NCBI GenBank assembly: GCA_028826165.1
Contig: JAPDFW010000023.1
Location: 10,273 to 74,272 of the forward strand
Reading direction: 5' to 3'
Length of the DNA stretch: 64,000 bases
Source of the DNA: Anaeramoeba ignava BMAN
Taxonomy: Eukaryota; Protista; Anaeramoebae
Shown: in pieces, positions 1 through 10,479 of the stretch
Numbering within the stretch: the first letter of the stretch is position 1
Layout: each line of letters starts with the position of its first letter
Made by a program: the position numbers and the translations under genes
Notes under the pieces: model-generated
The model's database searches: none
Seen by the model: only the letters and a program-made list of their open reading frames with translations
Told to the model about the DNA's origin: nothing

Positions 1-21
1 AAAAAATTATGAATAAAATCA

Positions 22-52
<31 letters not shown>

Positions 53-1520
53 GGAAATATTAAATATCTTGAAATTATTCTTAATTCAAATAAATATATT
101 GAAAATAATATTCAAAAAAAAAAATTCAGAAAAAAAACAATTTTTTAATTAATTAATTAAGGTTTATAATCAATTTAAATAATATTTCAAATCATTTATA
201 AAATAATTATTTATAAAATAACAATTCTTACATAATTATATTATGTAACAAAAACCCTAATAATATTATTATTATTAATAAAAAGAAATAATATCAAAGA
301 ATAAATTTAATTGTTAATAAACATATTAAATCAAGTTTTATTTAAAAAAAATTAATTTATATTCATATATTTTGACTTTTTGGAATGAAATAAACATTTC
401 TAATTTCATAATTCAAATAAATATAAGAAGATAGAAAATAATAGAAAAAAATTAAAATAAAATTAGAAAATCTTAATTCAAGAAATTATATTCAATCTTT
501 ATAAATAAGATAGAAATAAGGAATACAAAATATTTCAAAATAATTCAAAGAATATTTATTTTTTAGAAAGATAAAAAGAAATTAGAATGAATCAAGGATA
601 GAAAAAAAAATAATTTATTTAGAAATAATTAAATTATAAACCAAAAAAAAAATCAAAGAATAAAAAAATATCTAAAATATCAATAAAAAAAATATTATTC
701 TTCTAAAATTAATAATTTTCATAAATGGAATCAATAAATATACTTATTAAATGAAAAAAAAATAATAATATGAAATATATCTATGTTATTTAAAGAAAAG
801 AAAAGAAATATTAAATTATTTTCTTTATTTGTAAATATTAAATTTATCAAGAAATAAGAAATAAATGAATAAAAATCAATTCATTCAATTAAATAAATAA
901 ACAAAAACTAATAAAAGAAATTAACAGAAGGTAAATATATGAAAAAATAAACAATAGAATATATTCAGAAGATATTTGAAATTATATCATAATTTATAGT
1001 TAATGGGAAATAGAATATAATATAAGAAAGATGAATAGAAAATGAGAAATAATGAAGAAAATCAAATTCAAAATCAAATTCAATAATGATAATAAAATTA
1101 ATAAGATAAATAACAAGGATAATTCTGAAAATAAAAACAAATTCAAAAATAAAAACAAATTCAAAAATAAAAACAAATTCAAAAAAGAAAGAAAAATTCA
1201 AAGAAAATAAATTATAACAAAGAAAATAAATCTAAGAAAGGATATAAAGAATATTTGGAAATATAAATTAACAAAGATATCAGAATTAGAGTTAGAATCA
1301 AAATAATGAAAAGAATAATCAGAATATTATACAGATTATTTGATAGATTATTCTTAATTGAAAGATTAAATAGAATATGATTATAAAAATTAATTTAAAA
1401 ATGAATTATTCCATTTTCCTTTATTTTCTTTTTATCAAAATTACTTCAAAAAAAACATAAAAAAAACATGTAGAAATCTCACTTATGATTTTCTTAATAA
1501 AATTAAAAATCAAAATCTTA
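1..1520 (+). pseudogene. Decayed 3' part of a non-LTR retrotransposon of the same family as 4707-10078 (runs off the window start)
   Basis: Colinear by-eye similarity to ~7523-8570 plus 9638-10236. Examples: 55-115 (aatattaaatatcttgaaattattctt) vs 7580-7640 (aatgttaaatatcttgggattatactt); 913-980 vs 8379-8450; 1227-1340 (aaatctaagaaagg...tacagattat) vs 9916-10032; 1467-1518 (catgtagaaatctcactt...) vs 10187-10236. Many stops and indels. Confidence 0.9.
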
Positions 1521-1590
1521 TTTGATATTTCCCCAATTTCAAATTAAATTAAATTAAATTAAATTTAAAATTAAATTTAGATTATTTTTT

Positions 1591-3466
1591 TCAAATGAAC
1601 TAAATAAATATTATTTTATTTGGGAAATTTGTTTTTGTTTTTATTCAAAAGAAAAATCACAAAAAAAAATGTTTATTTTTACATACTATTTTTTTTCAAA
1701 ATAAAATAAAAACAAATTTTCATTCAATAAATAATTCATTTTTTTCAAAAAGGAAAAAAAGAAAAAAAAGTAAATTTTGATTTTGATTTATTTTTACTTC
1801 CTATTATAAATAATTTAATATTATTCAATTTAAAATAAAAATTGATTATTTTTGATATTTATTTATTATTTAAATAAAATAATTTTAAATTTAATTTTAA
1901 TTGTTTTTGTTTTTGTTTTTTGAATAATAAAAATGTAATTTAAATTGGAAAAAATTTTATATTATTTTACATCTTGTTTATTCCAATCAGCTCCTGATTT
2001 AATAAAATGATTAAAAAGATCCTTATTAATTGGTTTCTTTTGTGCAAAATAATGTAATAAAGTTGCTCCATTCTTTTTTATTTTTGTTTTTAAATTTAAT
2101 ATTGGAAAAACAAAATAATTCAAAAAAGAAATGAATTAAAATAAATTATTCATAATTTAAATAATAAAAATGAGTTAATAAATTAAAGAACTAATTGTTG
2201 TTAATTTTAATCAAAAAAATAATTCAAACCTCCTCTTTCTAAATTTATTTTTTAAATTAAATAAATTAAATTAAAATTAAATTAAAAATATTAAAAATGT
2301 TTTTGTTTTGTTTTTGTTTTTGTTTTGAATTACATAATCTGATTTGTTAAATTCATCTTCCAAAAGCTTTAATTCCTTTTCAATTTCAACAGTATTGATC
2401 TTTAAATTTGTAAAATTTTTTTGTTAAAATTAAATAATAAATCAAAATAGATTAATTTTTTTTTCCAAAACAATAATAAATATTAATTTAATATATTTTA
2501 ATATTAATTTCTTTTTTTTTTTAAATTTAATTATTTACTGGCTATTTATTAAATTGAATAATAAATAATTAATTAAAAAAGGATTGTGAAGAAAAAAATA
2601 GGCAAAAAAAAAGATATTTACTTCCTATTTATTTTATGAATAATTATTTTTGAGTTAATAAATTTTTAAATATTTTATGAATAAATTAAAATAATTAGGT
2701 TTAAAAAAAAGAAAAAATATTTAATTTTTAAATTCCACAAATGAACAAAATGGCAAGGAAAATATATTTACTTTCTATTTATTAAATAATAAATAATTAT
2801 AAATAAATAAAAAGAATTGAGCATAAAAAAAAGGAGAGAATATTTATTTTGAAATTTCTCAAATTAAAAAAATTGGGAAAATGAGAAAAAATGGGAAATG
2901 AAAAATATATTTACTTTCTATTTTATAAATAATTTTCATTTTTGTTTTGAGAATTGTTTTTTGTTTTTAAATATATTAATTTACAGGCTATTTTGTTTTT
3001 ATTAAATATTTTCAATTCAAATTATTTAAAATAAATTTATTAATTTAAAAAAATAATTACTGGCTATTTTTATTTGAATGAAAATTAATTAATTAGTTTT
3101 GGAAATAAATATATTAATAATTAATAAATTAGAGATTAATTAAATTCAAATTATATTTTTTATTTAAATTTGAAAAATATATATATTAATTTGAAATAAA
3201 ATTACTTCTTTTTCGTTCATTAATTCTTGTTCTTTGTTGATTAATTCTTGTTTTTCTTTCATTAATTTTTGTTCTTTGTTAATTAATTCTTGTTTTCCTT
3301 TCATTAATTCTTGTTCTTTGTTAATTAATTCTTGCTTTCCTTTCATTAATTCTTGTTCTTTGTTAATTAATTCTTGCTTTTCTTTCATTAATTCTTGTTC
3401 TTTGTTAATTAATTCTTGTTTTTCTTTCATTAATTCTTGTTCTTTTTTTGTAGTAAAATTTTCCAT
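1591..3466 (-). CDS. Predicted spliced gene (~156 aa): 14-aa coiled-coil repeats, micro-exon-encoded linker, one ankyrin repeat
   Basis: Phase-0 GT-AG exons: 3466-3206 (87 aa); 3-nt exons 3063-3061, 2987-2985, 2917-2915, 2774-2772, 2624-2622, 2541-2539; 2399-2334 (INTVEIEKELKLLEDEFNKSDY); 2238-2230 (KEE); 2072-1971 (NGATLLHYFAQKKPINKDLFNHFIKSGADWNKQD, ankyrin-like GxTxLH...GAD.N.xD); 1800-1798; 1685-1683; tentative last exon 1599-1591 (FI*). First and last exons are uncertain, and an AATAG precedes the ATG. Confidence 0.7.
3213..3445 (-). repeat. 42-bp coding tandem repeat (two 21-bp halves), ~5.5 copies, encoding KEQELMKEKQELIN
   Basis: Repeated aattcttgttctttgttaattaattcttgtttttctttcatt; heptad periodicity in ORF 3164..3466. 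Confidence 0.92.
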
Positions 3467-3559
3467 CTATTTTTATTTTTATTTTTATGTTTTTGTTTTG
3501 ATATTTTTAAATTAATGAATTTTTTGTATTGTTTGTTTTTGGAATAATTAAAATTAATA

Positions 3560-4420
3560 ATATTAATTAATAGTTTATAAATATTTTGATTATTTAAATA
3601 ATTTAAATAAATAATTTATGTTTAAAATAATAATTTAATATTTTTAATTTAATTATTTTTTAATTTTTTAATTTGTTTTTTTTTTTTCCTTTTTTTTTAA
3701 TAAATAAAATAAATAAAAATTAAATAATATTAATTAAATAATTTATAAATATTTTGATTATTTAAATAATTTAGATAAATAATTTATGTGTAAAATAATA
3801 ATTTAATATTTTTAATTTAATTTATTTTTTAATTTTTAATTTGTTTTTTCCTTTTTTTTAATAAATAAAATAAATTTAAATTAAATAATATTAATAAATA
3901 ATTTATAAATATTTTGATTATTTCTTTTTTTAGATAAATAATTTATGTTTAAAATATTCAAATTTAATATTTTTAATTTAATTATTTTTAATTTGTTTTT
4001 TCCTTTTTTTAATAAATAAAATAAATTGAAATTAAATCAATATTAATTAATAATTTATAAATATTTTTATTTAAATAATTTAAATAAATAATTTATGTGT
4101 AAAATAATAATTTAAAATTTTTTAATTTAATTATTTTTAATTTTTAATTTTTAATTTATGTTTTTCCTTTTTAATAAATAAAATAAATTTAAATTAAATA
4201 ATATTAATAAATAATTTATAAATATTTTGATTATTTAAATAATTTAAGATAAATAATTTATGTTTAAAATAATATTTTAATATTTTTAATTTAATTATTT
4301 TTAATTTTTAATTTATGTTTTTTTCTTTTTTTTAATAAATAAAATAAATTTAAATTAAATAATATTAACAAATAATTTATAAATATTTTGTTTATTTAAA
4401 TAATTTAGATAAAAAATTTT
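3560..4420. repeat. ~160-bp AT-rich tandem repeat, ~5-6 copies
   Basis: ttataaatattttgattatttaaataattta...ttatgt recurs at ~3575, 3743, 3903, 4055, 4217, 4378. Confidence 0.85.
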
Positions 4421-4706
4421 TAAAAAATAAATAAAAAATAAATATTTTTTATTTTGTGTTAACTTTTAAGATGAAAAATGAAAAATGAAAAATTTGTTTT
4501 TATTTTTTTAATTAAAAAAAAAGAAAAAAGAAAAAAGAAAAAAGAAAATTTCTTATTTATTAAGTTTTGAATAAATTTCAAAACAAATTGTTTATTTAAT
4601 TTCTTTTTCAAAAATGAAATAAAATTGATAAAATTGTTCTTAATCATAATTTTGAATTTTTTTAACTAAATTTATTTATTTTATTTTTTTCTTTTCTTTG
4701 AAAAAA

Positions 4707-7700
4707 ATGGTCAAATGGGGAAACCTGTATGTTTATGCAGACTCTCCATTAATTTCAAAACATGTCTTCTTTGACATATTAAAACCATATAAAATAGTGA
4801 GAGGATACTTGAGAAGGAATAAGGATAGTACCGATGGACACTTTAAAGTAATTCACGATAAGAAAGCAAGAAAAGAACAAAGAAGAACATGGAGAGAAGG
4901 TTATTCAATTACAGTATCTAAAGCAAGAGAGAGTTACACTTCAAAAGAAAATCAACTTGAGAAATTAAAAGAAAAAATAACGGATCGAAATCAACGGTCA
5001 CATAAAGAAAATATAGAAAAAATAATTTATCAAACATTGAATTCAAATAACTTTATTAAGAATCCATTAATAATTAAGAAGAAAGAAATTGAAAACATTC
5101 AATCTAATCAAGAGAAACATGAAAATATTTTAAATGAGATCAAAGAAACAATACAAAAAGCAATTCCTCAAATGAAATCAAAGAGAATAATTCAAAAAGA
5201 TTTACAAGAATTTATAAATAAAAGCGTTAATTATTCTTATTTAAAAACTTATAAACAACATAATCCATATAGTTATCAGAGAACTCACAATTTACAACAA
5301 GAAATTTCAGATTCTCTGATTCAACACAATTGGGAAATTGATACAAATTTAAGAAAAACAATTAATTATCGAAATTCAAAATATTATATGGAAACAAATT
5401 TTAACAAGATACTACAAATTTTAGATTCATATAAATTAATTATCAGAAAATCATTTCTTAATATATTTGAAATTCTTAACATCATTAACAATTTTCACCC
5501 ACTGAGAATCATTCAAAAAGGGAATCATCAAGCTGAGATATGGGATCGAAAAAATAACATATTAAATCTTTTTCGAGATTGTAAAAATGAAAGAAATAGA
5601 ATACCAAGAAATTTCAAAATTCAATTAAAAACAACAGAAGGAAACAAAATTGAAACAATAAAAGGAACTAAATTAACAAAAATAAATCAATTCTCATTCA
5701 GAATAGCATCTATAAATATCAATGGATTAAATAAAATAGGAAAGATCCAAAAATTAGAAAAAATATTCCTCCAACAAAGAATAACAATTGCTATTATACA
5801 AGAAACTCACTTGAGAAAAAGATTATATTTTGAAAACTATCATTCATTTGAGAAACAAGGATATGGAACAATAGCACAAGGAGGAATAGCAATAATCATC
5901 AAAAAATGTATATCAAAATATGCTCAAGAAATAAAACATCCAGATAAGGATATTATACAAATTAAAATAGGAGAATTAAATATTATTGGAGTCTATATGA
6001 GACATGGAACACAATCTCAAATGATGAGTCAATTAAACGATATTATTGAAAAATTAGGAGAGGAAAGATATATAATAGCAGGAGATTTTAACCAAACAGA
6101 CAAAGAAATGGAAAAACATTTCAGATTTAATACTCAAATAATACATAATACTGAGAATAGTGCAATAAGAAATATTGATCATTTCTGCGTCAAAAATCAA
6201 AATAGAGAAATTTTATCACAAACAGTAAATATTAATCAAGAAGAAAATCTCTCAGATCATAAAATGATAGTTACAATTGAGAAAATCAATATATTGAGTG
6301 AAGAGAGAAAAGAATATTACCAACCGACAAAACAACAATTCCAAGATATGATAATAGAAAAATTAATAAAACAAAATTTATCTGAGAAATCAATGCTCAA
6401 CATTTCAATAATTAAAAATGTAAAAGAAAAATTCAAAAAAAGAAGTATCATCCATATAAATACAAAAAATAAGATAGGAATTAACTTAACAGAATTTAAC
6501 TCAAAAAATAAATATAATTGGAAACAAGCTCTGAGGAAAAGGTGGAGAGAAACCATGAGAGGGATAGAAATAGATAACCAAAGCAAAACAAACTATTGGA
6601 CAGAAGTAAAAAGGATAACAAAAGCTAGAAAAGATATTATATTTAATAATAATGAAAAAGAAAAAGAATTTAAACAACTTATAGATAAAATTAAAATTCC
6701 AGTTCAAGAATCAATACTTCAAGAAATAGAAAATAAAATAATAAATATAGAACCTGATATAAGATCAATCAAACAAATATTTCCCCATGATAAATTAATA
6801 AAAACAATTCAAAACTCAAGAAATAGTTCTACTTGTGATTATGATAAAATCGAAATGTATCAAAATCCTTATATTGAAAGAGAACATCCAAAATATTATG
6901 AATTTATCAAATCAGTAAACAGAATGATGAGAGAATGGATAAGAGATCCCAACCAAGAAGTAATAAAATATATGCTTTCAAGAAGAATGGTGTTCATCTT
7001 TAAACAAGGGGATCCTAACCAAATCTCTAATTATCGCCCAATATCTATAAATAATGCTTTAGTAAGAATATTTTTGAAAAGAATACTTGAAGAAATTGAA
7101 CCAATATGGGAATACATCTCGTATCAACAAATGGGTTTTAGAAAAATGATGGATACAAGAATAGCAGTCTTAGAGTTACAAAAGAAATTGAAAGAAATAA
7201 AAGAACCATATATAATAAGTATAGACATTCAAAAATGTTTTGATACTATTGATCATGGATTAATTAGAAAAGTTATTAATAAATTCATCAGCAATAATAA
7301 TATTAAAAAACTATTAAATGAATATTATAAGGGAAATGGATGTGGCATCTATCAAGGAGATCCATTATCACCTTTAATATTTGGAATGGTCAGTCACTTT
7401 ATAATTGAGGAAATAAAAATAAGGGTTGATCATATACAAATGTATGCTGATGATATGATACTATTAGTAAAAAATTCTTATAATAAAGTCATAACTAAAG
7501 TTCAATCAATATTACAAATTCTTGAAAATTATGGATTAAGACCTAATAAAAATAAAACTATAATAACAAAACAAAAAAGAAATGTTAAATATCTTGGGAT
7601 TATACTTGATGCAAAGAAACATATAGAAAATAATATAGAAAAATGTGAAAAAACTTTTCAAAAATTGAGATTTATAATACAATCCAACCAAATTTCTAAT

Positions 7701-10078
7701 CACTTGAAAATTATAATTTATAAAATGACGATTCTTCCACAACTATATTATGGCACAGAGGCATTAATACTCAGAAAGAAACAATATCAAAAAATGGATT
7801 TAATGGTGAACAAACATATGAAATTAATTTTAAAAATAAACTTTCATTCACCTACGCTTACCTTTCGAAATGAAACGAATACCCCCAGTTCCAGAACACA
7901 AATAAATGTGCGTAGGTGGAAAATAAGAGAAAAATTAGATAAAATTGAAAAATCAGAACTTAAAGAATTATGTCCAATCTTCACAAATGAAAGAGAGAGA
8001 AATGATAAAATATGGGAGAATCAAAACTTGAAAATCATCCAAAAATATTTATGTTTAGCAAGGCACCAAGAAATGAGTATCAATTCAGGATGGAAAACAA
8101 TAGCCTATTCAGAAATTACTAAATTAGAACCTAAAAAACCAAAAATAAAAACATATTTAAAATATCAAAAAAGTACTATATTAATGAAATTAAGAATATT
8201 CACAAATGGACTTAAATCATATAGCCACCACATGAGAAATAGTGATGTGAAATGTCCATGTTGTGGAGAAGAAGAAGAAACATTGGATCATTTTTTTTGG
8301 AAATGTCCAATGTATCAAGAGATAAGAAATAAATGGTTGAAATCAATACATCCAATAAAACAAACAATTAAATTAATGAAAGAAATTAGCAGAAAGGGAA
8401 TATATGACAAAACTATAGAATATATTCAAAAAGCTTTTGAGATTAGATCAGAAATGATAATGGATGAGAATATAATTGAGATAGATGAAGAGAATATTGG
8501 AAATGAAGAAAGAAATCAAAATGAAAATCAACAACAAAGTGACATGAATAATGAAAATAATGAGAATAATAGAGGTTGGGATGGAATCCCTCTTGGTTCG
8601 CGGATATCTATATTTGGTCGCGGATGTTCTTTTGTATCCACGAACAAAAAATTATCCTCGAAATTTTTTTTTCCGTAGATGTTAATTGAGATTCGCGAAA
8701 AATGATTAATTCGCTAAAATGAGGAAGTTCGGAAAATGTCCCTATTTGATCTCGGTGAATTATTTTGAAAAAAATTATTTTTGATCATTTTTTTCTTATG
8801 GAAAATTCGTTTTAATTTTATCAAAATTCTCAATAAAATCGCTAACCAATTCTTCTTGAAGAATTTTCTGATAGTGAAGAAGAAATTAGAGATTTTGATT
8901 CAATAAAATTTGAAGAACTGCAAGCAACTAATAATGAACAGAGATTAGAAATTCTAACCAATTTTGGATTTCAAGATTTTCTCAGTTTATTTCAATTAGT
9001 CGAACTCGATTTTCAATATCAGGGAAGAGGAGCTAGAAGAATGAAGCAAACAAATGAAACAACTTTTCTCATGGCCTTGGTATGGAAGATTTTTTCAAGA
9101 ATATTCATTAATAGTTGATAAAGCATATTATGATCTTCAAAATGAAATTCAAATTGTGATCCCTTTCAAAAAACCGAGAGGATGTGAACTCAATCAAGAA
9201 GAACATTTTTTTAATGTTAGATTATCTTCTCTTTGGATCCAAATTGAGCATTATTACGGAAGATTAAAAGTTCTATGGTCATGCATGTCCAATAATTGGT
9301 GTGGAGAAAGAGAATATTTTTATCAAAAAGTTTTTGGAGTTTGTGTTTCCTTAACTAATTTTGAGATTCGATCTGGCCATCCTCTATCTTATAATGATTA
9401 AATTAAAAAGAAGAACAACAATCATTTTCATTTTTCAAACAATAATTTTTTTTCATAACAAATCTCTTTCTTTTTTTTTCTCATTTCAATTCCTTTTTCC
9501 TTTTGGAAATGAAAGAAAATAAAAAATTCTCAAAAAAAAATTTTTTTTTATTCCGAACAACTTAAAATAAGCGGAAATCAATTTTTTCGCGAATAGATTG
9601 ATTTCCGCGAACCAGAGGGGATTCCATCCCAACCTCTAATGATGAAAATAATAAGAATAATAATGAAATTAATAATGAAATTAATAATGAAAACAATAAT
9701 GAAAATGATAATGAGAATAAAAACAAACCCAAAAAGGTAAGGAACAAATCAAAAAAGAAGAAATCAAATCAAAAAGAAATGAAGATCAAAAAAAAGAAAA
9801 AGAAAGAAAGAAAAAAGAAAGAGAAAAAGAAAGAGAAAAAGAAAAAGAACAAAAAAAGAGAAACCAATGAAAAAGAGAAAAAAACAAAGATAATAAAGAG
9901 TAATAACAGAAGAAGAAATCTAAGAAAAAATCCAGAGAAAACTTGGAAATATCAATTATCGAAAATATCTGAATCAGATTCAGAATCAGAAACAAAGTCA
10001 TGGGAAAAAGAATCGGAATATGATACAGATTATGCTCCAGATTCTTCTTCCTTGGAAAGCTCAATAGAGAGCGACTAA
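4707..10078 (+). CDS. Non-LTR retrotransposon single ORF: APE endonuclease + reverse transcriptase + CCHC zinc finger + low-complexity tail, interrupted at 8571-9637
   Basis: APE motifs ASININGL, IQETH, GGIAII, AGDFN, IDH, SDH; RT motifs FIFKQG..YRPISI, QMGFR, DIQKCFD, QGDPLSP, YADD, KYLG; zinc finger CPCC..ETLDHFFWKC. First ATG is 4707 (the ORF track starts at TTG 4698). As written it stops at 8678 inside the inserted transposon; without the insert the frame is open to TAA at 10076-10078 (~1430 aa). Confidence 0.95.
8571..9637 (+). mobile_element. 1067-bp non-autonomous DNA transposon (PIF/Harbinger-ISL2EU/IS5-like) with 34-bp TIRs
   Basis: Left TIR 8571-8604 agaggttgggatggaatccctcttggttcgcgga; right TIR 9604-9637 reverse complement agaggttgggatggaatcccctctggttcgcgga (31/34 identical). 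Flanked by AAT/AAT (or TA/TA if the ends are 1 bp shorter). Subterminal TCGCG motifs at ~8598, 8618, 8693, 9587. Confidence 0.93.
8798..9401 (+). pseudogene. Internally deleted DDE_Tnp_4-like transposase
   Basis: C-terminal half in ORF 9054..9401 (IVDKAY...IPFKKP...EE..FN..LS...IEH.YG.LK..W, carrying the second D and the E). An N-terminal fragment lies in a different frame (..LEILTNFG.QDF..LF.LV..GRGARR..FLMAL, ~8846-9080). The first catalytic D region is missing. Confidence 0.82.
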
Positions 10079-10186
10079 ATATAGTCAAAAATGAGATGTT
10101 CCACTTACTCTTCTTTTTTAAAGTTTTTAAATTTTTTTTTATCTTCATTTCTTATTTTTCATTTCAAAAATTATTTACAAAAGAAG

Positions 10187-10222
10187 CATGCAGGAATCTC
10201 ACTTGAGATTTCCTTAATAAAA
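10187..10222 (+). other. Conserved 3'-UTR stem-loop followed by AATAAA at the LINE 3' end
   Basis: ggaatctca-ct-tgagatttcc then ttaataaa; equivalent gaaatctcacttatgattttc-ttaataaa at 1473-1501 in the decayed copy. Confidence 0.6.
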
Positions 10223-10479
10223 TCAAATCAAAATCTAAATTTATTTATTTTTTCCAAATAAAAATCAATTAAAATATTTTTTTTGAAAGAATTTATAAAT
10301 AAATTAAATCTATTTAAATATTGAATTTCTTTCTATTTTTTTTTTGGAAATAATTTAATAATAATTTTTAAATCAAAACAATTCAATTCTATCTATTTTT
10401 TTTTGGAATTTAAATATTAATTCTATTAACAAAAAAGAGAAAATTTTTGAATATTTTATATTTTGTAATAAAAAATCAA

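Larger units (their letters stand above)
4650..10236 (+). mobile_element. LINE-like (APE-type) retrotransposon, apparently full-length; 5' boundary not defined
   Basis: ORF above. The 3' limit is taken from where similarity to the decayed copy ends (~10236 vs ~1518). No clear poly(A) tail or TSD identified. Confidence 0.85.

Noticed and set aside
965-9747. Short hydrophobic ORFs (965..1201, 1000..1182, 3234..3515, 4459..4647, 6317..6586, 6501..6707, 7536..7742, 9562..9747)
   Set aside because: Shadow frames opposite A-rich coding or relic sequence, or low-complexity DNA.
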